A stretch of 64,000 nt of DNA from Candidatus Dormiibacterota bacterium (GCA_963718525.1 OY970355.1:2464001-2528000), one strand, 5' to 3'; shown: positions 8,031 through 17,482, counted from the stretch's first letter. Numbers and translations: made by a program. Notes: generated by a model from the sequence alone, not told the origin.

Positions 8031-8951
8031 CTGCTGCGCAACGTTGCCGATCGCCTCGTCAGCACTGGGCACTCGTGCCGGCGCGAGGGCTAACTTCCTC
8101 TTCAGGCAGCCCAGGGCGAACTCCGACCACCATGGCGCGGTAACCCAACGAGACCGATTTCCGTCGCGACCCCGATCCTTGAAATCCAGGTAGTGGAGAA
8201 GCAGCTGCCCGAACACCGCCGACCGCTCATTACCGGGCGCCACCGCGACGAGCTCGGCCAAGGCAATGGCATGCTCGTCGCGCGCTTGCATCTCCACGCG
8301 AGTCCACGGCCCGGGCGCTTTCGCTTCGAGCGCCTTGTCGTAAATGCGGACGCGAAGGTCGGACTTTGGCGAGCCGAAGTACAGAGTTCGGCTTTCGGTT
8401 TCACCGAGAGCGTTGACGTACTCCGAGGCGCTCGCCAGCCGAAGATTGCGCACTAGGTGCCCAGCCTTCATCTCTCGATAGCAGCGATCCACACTCAGTG
8501 ACCCGGTTCGGTCATCGAGCGCAACGTCGAGGCGCGTGATCGACCGTCCGCGCTCCAGCAACATCCCGAGGAAGGGTTCCCACTCGGTGACCCGACCCGC
8601 GGCTTCTAGCGCACGGCAAGCCTTGCCGGGCATCCGGACGTGCACGCCCATGCCCGCTCGACCGTCATAGAAAACGTTAGTGCCTTCGGAGAGCCTCGAG
8701 CGCCGGTAGCCCATCGCACCGCGATCGCCCTCGATCCACTCGTCCGACTGGCGCGCGCACACGTCGTCGATGCTTGCCTCGTGCTCGGTCCACTCGAGCC
8801 AATCAACAAAGGCCTCGCTGGTGCGTTCGCCCCCTTCTGTACTGGTAACCCCCCTGTTAGTGGTCCGGGGGGTTGCTGCGCCGTCCTCGACGGACGCGCA
8901 GATGCTTGCCCTCGCATCTTGGGGAGATGGGCCGTCCGAATCGCTGAACAC
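8031..8951 (-). pseudogene. Rep_trans (MOB_T / NicK-like) rolling-circle initiator or relaxase, N-terminal part
   Basis: DWLEWT, ITRLDVALDD, TLYFGS, RIYDK (catalytic Tyr), WTRVEM, WWSEF motifs. Interrupted by IS256. Confidence 0.9.
8847..8874 (-). other. Putative nic/oriT (dso) hairpin
   Basis: Minus strand AACCCCCC-GGACCACTAACA-GGGGGGTT: an 8-bp IR with CTAACAGGGGGGT, as recalled for the ICEBs1/Tn916 oriT, inside the 5' end of rep. Confidence 0.75.
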
Positions 8952-9265
8952 GTCGAATCCTCACGGCTTCGACGGTCCGGTATATCCGTCTCACCACGAG
9001 GGGTTCAGCTACTCTCCACGACGCCGGGCTACTGGTGCCCGCTCCGTTGGCTGTCCGGCGGGCTCGTCTCAATTGAGCCCCTTGTACCGGTGCGTCGCCC
9101 TCGGCCTTATTGGGTCACTTCCCCGCAGGGATACCGGGTTTCCACCGCCGAAGATAGCACATTCGTTCGGTCTCATTCATCCGGCTAGCCAATCGAGCGG
9201 AACACTATCCTGCGCCTTAGCGACATCAATGAGCGAACTCGCGCCGCACCCGCGATGTTGCCGCC

Positions 9266-10984
9266 CTACACCGGGCTAATTGGTACTTCCGAACGACCCT
9301 CCAGTGGTCGAAGATCCAGACTAGTCGAAGGGGTATCCCGCGAAAACTCCACCCAGCATCCAGCGAATTCCGCTGGCTGCTTCACCGTCAATCGGTGAAC
9401 GCCGTTCGCTCGCGGCTGCACATCAACAAGGCGCGCGTCACTAGCACTGCCACCGCCTACCGGGGCTGTGAACTCCATGCCCGGGTTAGTCAGCAGCGCC
9501 TCCATGACCGAGTGCGCTATCCGCTCGACAGCTGCTCGCAGCAGCGTGAACACGGCGCCAGACGGATCAAGCTTGTAGCCGCACCAGGCGGCGACAGCAT
9601 CTATTGAGCCTGGACTCTGTGCGGCTCGCCGCGCTGCCTCGCGTCCTTTAGTTTTGGTCCCCAAGACATCTTCGAGCGTTCCCTGCGGGTGTAGCCACAG
9701 TCCCGCGTCCCTCCAAATTGCCAGCAATCCGTCGATGCGAGCCGCCCAACCCGTGTCCGCAGGTACGTCATTCGCGAGCCACTTTGAACGCGCTTTGGGA
9801 TCGGGTGGAACATTCGCTCTTCTCATCTGCTCCGTCAGAGGCTGCAAGACGCCGGAGGTCCGCGGGGGCTCGGTGTGATACTCGTGCCGGTAGCGTTCCG
9901 TAACCTCCGGCATTGCGTCCATTGCGCGTTGCACCTCCTGTGCAAAGCACGCATCAAGATCCGCAACCGCGCACACGTTGAGACCCATCTTCTTGCAAAT
10001 CTCGTACCACAGAGCAACACCGCCGCTCCCACCACACTCGACGAGGTCTGTCTGTGCGACTACTTCTGCTGGTTGCGTTCGCGCGAGCGATGTGCTTAGC
10101 GCAGAGACGTCATCTACGCCCTCCACTAGCACCGGTCGCGGCGAAAACACGATCTGCCCGATCAAATCGGCGTTGTGTTGCAGTGAGGCGGTGACCCGGT
10201 CCATCTGCGACGCTAGCACGCTGTCGATAATCCGGTCAGGCTTGCGTCCTTGGGAGAAATACCAGATCGCGCTGAGATCCGAAGCTTGTTTCGGACGCAG
10301 AATCGTCGGCTCGTGGGAGACGACAAGTGCTCTTCTGTCTGGCCGACTGCACTCGCGCTCGAGCTCGCCAAGCCAAAGTCGCACCATCGCGGGGTGGAGA
10401 TGAAGCTCAGGTTCGTCAACAACCAGAAGCTGCCAGTCCGTCCGGTAAAGTGCCGTTAGTAGAACGAAGAGCTCGCGCAGCCCATGGCCCTCATCCCTCA
10501 ACAAGGAGTATTCCACGGCGCCAACGCGCACGTAGGGGTCCAGAAAGCCGGACGTCTCGCGCAGCTCGATCACACGATTGAGAGATCTCTGCAGGAACGC
10601 GGCCACTCGCAGCCACACTTCGGGCTGCTCCTTCAGCGCGTACATCTCGTCGATGCCGCTACCGCTCGTTTGCGAGAATCCCCGCGCCTGGTTCCTCTCC
10701 TGCTCCCCGAGCGGAAACCCCCGATGGCCCTCCTGACTCGGAACCGAGGTCCATCCGTAATTCGTGTACGTGCTAAGGCCTGCCAAGCGATCCGTAGCGA
10801 GAAACCGTCCCCCGAGTTGGCTAGCAATCAGCTTTGCAGTACGCGACTTGCCGGTTCCGTTCTGCCCAACGAAATACGTAACGGGATATGCCCAATCCGT
10901 GAGCTCGAAGAATGTTTCCGACCCCGAGCCACCCTTTGGAAAGATCTCGACGGATACCAATTTGACGGGGGGCAACGTCGCCAT
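9266..10984 (-). CDS. OLD-family ATP-dependent nuclease (ABC ATPase + TOPRIM)
   Basis: Walker A GQNGTGKS, signature EGHGLRE, Walker B VVDEPELHLHP, H-loop VSH, TOPRIM LVEGVDD...CGG...ADLD. Confidence 0.85.
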   Translation of the reverse strand: MATLPPVKLVSVEIFPKGGSGSETFFELTDWAYPVTYFVGQNGTGKSRTAKLIASQLGGRFLATDRLAGLSTYTNYGWTSVPSQEGHRGFPLGEQERNQARGFSQTSGSGIDEMYALKEQPEVWLRVAAFLQRSLNRVIELRETSGFLDPYVRVGAVEYSLLRDEGHGLRELFVLLTALYRTDWQLLVVDEPELHLHPAMVRLWLGELERECSRPDRRALVVSHEPTILRPKQASDLSAIWYFSQGRKPDRIIDSVLASQMDRVTASLQHNADLIGQIVFSPRPVLVEGVDDVSALSTSLARTQPAEVVAQTDLVECGGSGGVALWYEICKKMGLNVCAVADLDACFAQEVQRAMDAMPEVTERYRHEYHTEPPRTSGVLQPLTEQMRRANVPPDPKARSKWLANDVPADTGWAARIDGLLAIWRDAGLWLHPQGTLEDVLGTKTKGREAARRAAQSPGSIDAVAAWCGYKLDPSGAVFTLLRAAVERIAHSVMEALLTNPGMEFTAPVGGGSASDARLVDVQPRANGVHRLTVKQPAEFAGCWVEFSRDTPSTSLDLRPLEGRSEVPISPV

Positions 10985-11347
10985 CTCGGGGCCAGGCCTC
11001 AGCAGCGAGTTAGCACGACGACGATCGCCGCGAGATCGTTGCGCACGGTGCTAACTGCGACACGCACTGATCCCACCCCCAGCTCAAGACGCAATCATCT
11101 GAAGGGAGCGATCGAGATCCTCGTCCGTGGCAGCGTAACCGTGTCCTGTAGGCCACACAAATACAATCCTGCGACATCCCGAGAGACTCCAGGTCGGCAC
11201 GGGGACGCGACAGCATCAGCACCGCACGCTTCGCTTCGGGCACGAATCGACCGTAGTCGCCTAGCTGCCCGATACTCATCCTGACCGCCTCCCCAGTAGT
11301 TGTGCCTTTCGCTTCGATGAGAACTCAAGGATCTCAGTCATGCGCCG

Positions 11348-11638
11348 TTACATCGTGTAGAGCGACTTCAAAGCTTCCCAGTCCTTCTTGCCGCGACCAG
11401 CCCAGCTCCTATTGGCGGCCGAGGGAAGCCGAAAAACGCCGATCCCCGCTGGGGAGTGTGGAACATACGCTGCCAACTCGTCCCTCCATTGTCGCGCTGT
11501 TCCTCCTTGTACGACCCAAACGTCCTTGAACCCATGCCATGCCTTGTACCCGTTTCGCTGGAAGTGTGCCTGGATAAGGCTCCGCTGGGTGACGTTGATG
11601 CCGTCCGCAGCGATCAGGAAGAAGTCGCTATCGGCCAT
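11348..11638 (-). CDS. Small hypothetical protein translationally coupled to the TIR gene
   Basis: ATG at 11638 overlaps the end of the TIR ORF. 96 aa with WH...WVV...TARQWRDEL...W.G pattern. Confidence 0.65.
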   Translation of the reverse strand: MADSDFFLIAADGINVTQRSLIQAHFQRNGYKAWHGFKDVWVVQGGTARQWRDELAAYVPHSPAGIGVFRLPSAANRSWAGRGKKDWEALKSLYTM

Positions 11639-12539
11639 CTGTCGTCTCGCCTGCGTCAGCATCCTCGCTGCCCGCCTCAGGCCCGGAGCTTGAGTTTGAC
11701 CCCTCTGATTCGCTCACTTCGTCCTCCTCGGTCTCCCGCCGGTGAGGGATCTGCCCGCCGACTCGTATCCCGTAAAAGGCCGCCATCTCACGTACCGACG
11801 CCATCACATCCTCAGGCATGGGCATGTCTGAAACAATCCAGAGTTCCTTCCCCGAGGTATCACGCCCCGCCCGAGCCGCCGGGTCAACCCCTCTTAGAAT
11901 CGCTCCGACTTCACCCCAGAGGGGATGGCCCGCGGTCATCGATGGCTCAGCGGGCGGACTGGTCGGATGACGAACGATGCTGCGCACCGTCGCCAACACC
12001 TCCTCTAGCAACTCTCGATCACTGCGATCAGTACTCTTCGCTGCTGCGGCCGTCGAGTGGTCGATATCAGCAAACATTCTTTCAAGGTCGGGCCACCATT
12101 TCTCCACGGCCTTGTCTAGCACCGCCTGCGCTAACGGTCTGTCGGGAGGCGTGCAAGCCTCGTTGATCGACCGCATGATCGCCGCAACGCCCATCTTGTC
12201 GGCCGGTCGCCCTTGGAACTGACCGAGCGGTGGGGTGACGTCCGTCTGCTTAAGATCCACAGCCAAGGGCACTACCCGGTTGGACCCAACGCCTTTGGCC
12301 AATGCCCCGGCTTCGAAGTTGAGCCAGGGGGCGTGCTGATTCTCGACGGTGACGCAGATGATTCCGAAACTCGTTTCCTGCAACTGATCCGCAATCTCTG
12401 CTTCCCATCGCGCTCCCGCCGCGATATCCGTGGCCGACATGAACGGCTCCACGCTGTTGATCACCTGAGGCATCCAGTCTCGGAGTGCCGTTGCGACCGC
12501 TTGGCTCTTCTCTCCCGACCAGCTAAGGAATACCTTCAC
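11628..12539 (-). CDS. TIR-domain protein
   Basis: KVFLSWSG...DIAAGARW...GIICVT...WLNFEAGAL with the catalytic Glu position retained. Unknown C-terminal domain. Confidence 0.9.
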   Translation of the reverse strand: MKVFLSWSGEKSQAVATALRDWMPQVINSVEPFMSATDIAAGARWEAEIADQLQETSFGIICVTVENQHAPWLNFEAGALAKGVGSNRVVPLAVDLKQTDVTPPLGQFQGRPADKMGVAAIMRSINEACTPPDRPLAQAVLDKAVEKWWPDLERMFADIDHSTAAAAKSTDRSDRELLEEVLATVRSIVRHPTSPPAEPSMTAGHPLWGEVGAILRGVDPAARAGRDTSGKELWIVSDMPMPEDVMASVREMAAFYGIRVGGQIPHRRETEEDEVSESEGSNSSSGPEAGSEDADAGETTDGR

Positions 12540-12620
12540 GAGCTGGAATCCTACGCCGGCCTCTGACCTGACACTTCGACGCGAGCCTCTCTAGCAGGGT
12601 CTCCGGCGGTGCGCAGTAAG

Positions 12621-12647
12621 GGGGTTGTATTAGCGATTGACGAGGTT
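12621..12647. repeat. attP-arm copy A plus TT core (right junction)
   Basis: GGGGTTGTATTAGCGATTGACGAGG-TT, 25/27 identical to copy C. Confidence 0.75.
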
Positions 12648-12897
12648 GGCCAGTTAGATTGGCCGCGCGGTCGACGAACTTTCGGATTAGGCCGTCGACC
12701 TTTGTACCGCGACGTGCTGGATCGCTCGTCTCTTTCGATCGAGGGACCTCGGCGGAACGTAACGTTCGCGCCGTTGTCGTGGCCATTGACAACTCGCCGG
12801 GCGTTCACCGAGAATCACATCCCGTCCCGCAGATTCTGATTGTGCCTCCGAGGATTTGCCGTTTGGCAATCAGGTCGAGACAGGAGGACCTTGAAGA

Positions 12898-13722
12898 ATG
12901 GGCACGATCACCACTGCCGATGGCACGGAGATCTTCTACAAGGACTGGGGGGCGGGCCAAGCGATCGTGTTCAGTCACGGCTGGCCGCTTTCGGCTGACG
13001 ACTGGGACGGCCAGATGCTGTTCTTCCTGCACCATGGCTACCGGGTCATTGCCCACGACCGGCGTGGGCACGGCCGCTCGTCGCAGACCGGCGATGGTCA
13101 CGACATGGACCACTACGCCGATGACCTGGCGGCGCTGACTGCACATCTAGATCTCCACGACGCCGTTCATGTCGGCCACTCGACCGGTGGCGGCGAGGTC
13201 GTACGCTACGTCGCCCGGCACGGTGAGACCCGCGTCGCGAAAGCGGTACTCATCAGTGCGGTACCGCCGCTCATGGTGCAGACCGACGCCAACCCCGGCG
13301 GCCTGCCGAAGAGCGTGTTCGACGACCTGCAGTCCCAGCTAGCCGCCAACCGGTCCGTGTTTTACCGAGCCCTGCCGTCGGGACCCTTCTACGGCTTCAA
13401 CCGGCCCGGCGTCGAACCCTCGGAAGCGATCATCGAGAACTGGTGGCGGCAGGGGATGATGGGGGGAGCGAAGGCACATTACGACGGCATAGTTGCCTTC
13501 TCTCAGACCGATTTCACAGAGGACCTCAAGAAAATAACTGTGCCCGTGCTGGTAATGCACGGAGATGACGATCAGATCGTTCCCTACGGCGACTCCGGCC
13601 CGCTGTCCGCGCAGCTCGTCCAGAACGGGACGCTGAAGACGTACCCCGGGTTCCCACACGGCATGCCGACCACCCAAGCCGAGACGATCAACGCCGATCT
13701 GCTGGCCTTCATCCAGTCCTGA
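12898..13722 (+). CDS. cpo: Non-heme chloroperoxidase / alpha-beta hydrolase
   Basis: [29 protein letters not shown] nucleophile elbow, [12 protein letters not shown]. Confidence 0.9.
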   Translation: MGTITTADGTEIFYKDWGAGQAIVFSHGWPLSADDWDGQMLFFLHHGYRVIAHDRRGHGRSSQTGDGHDMDHYADDLAALTAHLDLHDAVHVGHSTGGGEVVRYVARHGETRVAKAVLISAVPPLMVQTDANPGGLPKSVFDDLQSQLAANRSVFYRALPSGPFYGFNRPGVEPSEAIIENWWRQGMMGGAKAHYDGIVAFSQTDFTEDLKKITVPVLVMHGDDDQIVPYGDSGPLSAQLVQNGTLKTYPGFPHGMPTTQAETINADLLAFIQS

Positions 13723-13932
13723 CCGGCCCACCGCGTTATGGGACCTTGTGGGGCTGAGATCCGGGCTTCGCAGCGGCGGTGCCAATCGGAAGAGATAAAT
13801 CGCCCGTAAGCCGAATCCAGGAGGATAGGTCCGGTCACGGTGAACCCCGGGAGGCCGAAGTCCAGGGCGACGACATGACGCCAGGTGACGTCCTCACGCC
13901 GCCGACGTTGATCTCACTCGGCGGCTCTTGAG

Positions 13933-13959
13933 GGGGTTGTATTGACGATGGACGAGGTT
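13933..13959. repeat. attP-arm copy B plus TT core
   Basis: GGGGTTGTATTGACGATGGACGAGG-TT. 13933-13967 matches 15739-15773 at 34/35. Confidence 0.75.
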
Positions 13960-14242
13960 CTCGAGGTTCTCGAGCTCTCTCGGTTGGCGATGCAGCCGGT
14001 CGCGCCGCCCAGATCATCACGCCGTCACGCGACCCAAGTTGCGTGTCGCTGCGGAGGCGCTGGTACTCGGGCCGAGGCTTGTTGGGGTTGAAGGCGCTGA
14101 TGTCGTCGTCGACACAGACCGCGGCGGATGCTCCAGCCCCGCCGCTGCGCCTCGTCGAGACAGTCCGCCTCCTGGCGCTGGACAGCCAGGCGCTCGGCTG
14201 GCTGCTAGAAGCTGATATTCGCTCCCAGGCGGAGGGCGGCAA
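13960..14242 (-). pseudogene. Frameshifted N-terminal fragment of a second serine recombinase
   Basis: Across frames: ERIS...AVQRQEADC...RGWSI / VDDDISAF...RPEYQRL...DGVMIW / RLHRQPRELE. Ends at att copy B. Confidence 0.7.
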
Positions 14243-14258
14243 TGCCGTCGGTTAGGTC

Positions 14259-14774
14259 CTACTTGCCCTGAAGCTTCAAACGTTCGTCGCGCTCGACGGC
14301 CGCATCTTGGAGGACTTCCCACTTATCGAAAACGCGCCCTCCACCTGCCGCTCTCGACGATTCGACGAGCCACTTGAACGCATCCCACATTTGTATGCTG
14401 TGCCCAGCAAACATTGTGAGGATGAGTTCGTTGTCGAGCAGGCCGCCGCAATAGACGGTCCCAAGTTCCTCCCAGAAGTTGAGTAGCCGGTAGACACGCA
14501 GTCTCTGGGGGTGGGGGGCTTGGCCGAACATCTGTGTGTGTGCAGCGATCGCGTGGGCGCTCGACCCAGGCGGCAAACCGAATGTCCGCAGGACGAAGCT
14601 AGTGTTGCGGACGAACTCAGGGGCCCAATAGCGTTCGAAATACCGAATCACGGTGTCGAACTTTGCGGCGGCACGGCTCGCTCTGAGGCTTCGCCAAGCG
14701 ATCACGGCAGCGGCGACAAGCAGAACCGCTTGGACAGCAGATGCTACCGTTGCGATCGTTTCGAGAGTCAGCAT
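14259..14774 (-). CDS. DUF4760-like membrane-anchored protein
   Basis: N-terminal TM helix and LNFWEELG...GLLD motif. Confidence 0.6.
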   Translation of the reverse strand: MLTLETIATVASAVQAVLLVAAAVIAWRSLRASRAAAKFDTVIRYFERYWAPEFVRNTSFVLRTFGLPPGSSAHAIAAHTQMFGQAPHPQRLRVYRLLNFWEELGTVYCGGLLDNELILTMFAGHSIQMWDAFKWLVESSRAAGGGRVFDKWEVLQDAAVERDERLKLQGK

Positions 14775-15076
14775 GGCAACTCGAAACCGTTGTCAGCGGT
14801 CGGTCAGTGTCCGGCGGCGTTGAGCAGGCGTGACCTCCAACCTCTGCCGAAGGCAGCCGTCAGCTTCCGCCGTCCGGGTCAAGGTGGAGGGAAGTACGGA
14901 TCGTTCATCGGGGCCATCTCGCTACAGCGGATTGTTGGGTCGATGGAATTGTACGCACCGGAGGGGGGTTCAAAACAAGTTACCCGGAACGGCCGAGGGT
15001 TGGCAACATCGGGCCCGGTTCGAAACCGCGGATCGACGGCGGGGTATTCTCGCCTCCCAACCCACAAGATCGGCGC

Positions 15077-15484
15077 CTAGCCTTTGCCCTCAGGGTCGTA
15101 GTGCTTCTTGATGGCAGGGTGATCGGTCATCAGTTGCTTCAGCACAGGCTTTTCGAGCGCGACCGAGAACGAATCCAACGCCTTCTGGGCCGTGTCCAGC
15201 TTGAGTTCGCTCCTTTGCAACGCGTCCGCGGTTTGAGACTTGTCCTTAGTAGCCGCTTCGGCTGTCTTGTCGGCCGCATTCGCTCGTTGGGTTGCTTGCT
15301 CGTTTGTCTGTCGAGTAAAGAAATACGTGATGAACGACCCCGTCACCACCCCTACGAGCCCAGAGAGTAGCGTCCAGATCTTGACCGCATCATCAACTGA
15401 GTACCGAAGGATCGCCGCAATCGTAATGCTGGCAACGGCTGCCAAGATCCCTACTCCAACAACCGCGGAGGCGGTTGGATTCAT
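15077..15484 (-). CDS. Hypothetical two-TM protein with coiled-coil tail
   Basis: ATG at 15484 after GGAGGG. Two hydrophobic helices ending TYFF, then a heptad-like region. Confidence 0.65.
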   Translation of the reverse strand: MNPTASAVVGVGILAAVASITIAAILRYSVDDAVKIWTLLSGLVGVVTGSFITYFFTRQTNEQATQRANAADKTAEAATKDKSQTADALQRSELKLDTAQKALDSFSVALEKPVLKQLMTDHPAIKKHYDPEGKG

Positions 15485-15738
15485 GAGTGTGGCCCTCCCT
15501 AACTGATCGAATGGAGCGATTAGATCACCCCATCCGCCGGGTTGTCCACCCGCTCGGGGGCCGGGTGGTGCCTCAGCCGCCGGCCGGTCGCGGGCCGCCT
15601 CCAACGTGAGGTGCGGCCCGGCACAGCTTGGGCTTGGGCGTCGCCCCGGAGCTGGACAGCCCGGGGTTCAGGTCCGTCAGCGATTCATGCGGTAACGAGG
15701 CGCTTCACAGCGTCGACACTGCTTTCCCCCGTTCGGTC

Positions 15739-15765
15739 GGGGTTGTATTAACGATGGACGAGGTT
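15739..15765. repeat. attP-arm copy C plus TT core (junction with the HNH gene N-terminal half)
   Basis: GGGGTTGTATTAACGATGGACGAGG-TT-CTCGAGGTCGG. The HNH sequence stops exactly here. Confidence 0.8.
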
Positions 15766-16663
15766 CTCGAGGTCGGTATTGCCGCCGTGGCTCTAGTGCA
15801 CCACGTGGTGGCCTTCGGTCCATGCGGGGCGGACGGTCGCATCCCGGGAAGCGGCAGCCCTGGTCGCGAAGAACCAGCGCGGTGCGGAGGTGCGCCGGGA
15901 TCGTCCGCGTGGCCCGTCCCACCGAGAGCGGCAGTGGACGTGTGCTCCCGGCCAATGGCGGCAAGATCGACCAGCGCGTCGGCCCTGCGCTGGGACGCCA
16001 ACCGCTCTTCGCCCCGACTCATCCCGTGACTGAGCGCATCGATCGCCGTCTTCACCAGCGCGCCGCCCTCGGCGTCGAGCTCACCACGGAGGACGAACAC
16101 GCCCCCATAGGTCTGCTCGCACTCGAACCAGCGGCGTTCGTGGGCGCAGTTGTCATCGGCGAGCACCCCATCGGGGTCGAGGCGCAGCCGGGTGGCCTGG
16201 GTGAGCATGCGCACGGCCCGGGGCTCAAACGTCTCCGCCGCGCCCACCAGGACGTGCTCGAAGGGCGCCAGCTGCGCCACGCCGACATCCTCGGCGAGGT
16301 GGGCGATCATGGTCACGTTGCTGAAGGAGGCGCGCCCGGTACGATCGCTGTCGAGCGTGGCCGGCAGCTCTCCCAGGGTCCGGGCCAGGTGGACGCGGTG
16401 GCGGCCGCCTTCACGGTCATCCCGCAGGCACGTCGCAGCCAGGACACCGTGCTCCCCCCGCCATCGGCCTGGGCGCCCCGCTCGCGATGAAAGCGGTGCA
16501 GACGGCGGATGGACTCGGCCTCCAGCCGATCGATCGCCCGGCGGATGTCGACGATGTCCTGACCCAGGGCGTGCGTCGAGAAGCCGTCGATGGACTCTCC
16601 GACGAGGGTATCGACCGCCTCACGCAGACGGTCTCGCGCATCCGGTATGGCGAACGCTTCCAT
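15764..16663 (-). pseudogene. DUF222 / HNH endonuclease (13E12-repeat-like), N-terminal part
   Basis: SWLRRACG, GELDAEGG, QRRADALVDL, GRATRTIP...RDQGCRFPGC, HHVVH*SHGGNTDLEN. Carries frameshifts, an internal deletion and a W-to-stop change. Confidence 0.9.
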
Positions 16664-16670
16664 ACAGGAT

Positions 16671-16691
16671 ATTATACCAAACACCTGTTCG
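16671..16691 (-). promoter_or_regulatory. LexA-type SOS box overlapping an extended -10 promoter
   Basis: CGAACAGGTGTTTG (16678-16691) runs into TGGTATAAT, 7 nt before the ATG (leaderless). Confidence 0.75.
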
Positions 16692-16960
16692 CCACAACAC
16701 GGACAATGTGCCCTCACAAGTTACAGCCACGGATAGCGGAAATATCGCACGCGGCTGAGGGCGACCAGGGCCGCAATCACAACTGCGAACACGGCCCCTA
16801 TGGCCGTTCGGACCGAGCACGACCGTTGCCTGGTGCGAGATTCACTTCGACGAAGCTCGCGCGCGCACGCCGTCGCCACCAACCACGCATGCCGTCGCCA
16901 CCAACCACGCCCGTCCGATAGGGCTACGTGTCCCCCGCCGGCGATAGCGCGCCGTCGTCG

Positions 16961-17482
16961 CTACGGATTCCCACGATCGATGACCGTCGTGGGTCGGAAG
17001 CTGGCCAACGCGAGCTCATACCGCTCTCCTTGCCGGCCGCCAACCTCAACCGGTCCAACGCCAACAAACCCGGCCTTCGTCAGCACCCGCCGTGAAGCGG
17101 CGTTCTCGTTGCTGGTGGCCGCCCTCAACGTCCGAAGCCCGTACTCATCGCGGGCAAGCCGGCACATGCGTCGCAATCCAGCCGTCGCAACGCCACGTCC
17201 CGCGACGCATTGCGCGATGCGATACCCGACCTCCGCGGTCCCATCCACGAGTTCATACAGATTGAAACGGCCGACGACCTTCTCGTGCTCATCGACAAGG
17301 ACGTGTCCGATGCTGAGCCCCGCTTCTTGTTCGGCGAGGAGCGCGCGGTATCGCTCCGCGAAGTGTTCATAGAAATCATCGCCACGATCGCTGATCGAGT
17401 TGGCGAAGTACGCGCGGTTCGCGAGCTCAAAATCGAGAATCGCTGCCTCGTGGTCGGGGCGAAGCCGCTCCAGATCGAACAC
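16961..17482 (-). CDS. GNAT N-acetyltransferase (RimJ/RimL-like)
   Basis: AEVGYRI...GRGVAT...NAASRRVLTKAGF. Confidence 0.9.
   Translation of the reverse strand: MFDLERLRPDHEAAILDFELANRAYFANSISDRGDDFYEHFAERYRALLAEQEAGLSIGHVLVDEHEKVVGRFNLYELVDGTAEVGYRIAQCVAGRGVATAGLRRMCRLARDEYGLRTLRAATSNENAASRRVLTKAGFVGVGPVEVGGRQGERYELALASFRPTTVIDRGNP

Larger units (their letters stand above)
3598..12647. mobile_element. Integrative (IME-like) element: serine integrase, Rep_trans relaxase, OLD nuclease, TIR protein
   Basis: Bounded by att junctions sharing a TT core, with the integrase starting 2 nt after the left arm. The composite insert may extend to 15765. Confidence 0.75.

Noticed and set aside
9040-9140. 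c-di-GMP-I riboswitch upstream of rep
   Set aside because: Only loose similarity (GGCGACGCA...CAGCC). The GCAAA and GNRA-tetraloop elements are not present.
12621-15773. 27-35-bp direct repeats as a CRISPR array
   Set aside because: The copies are 1.3-1.8 kb apart with no cas genes. They are better explained as attP arms.
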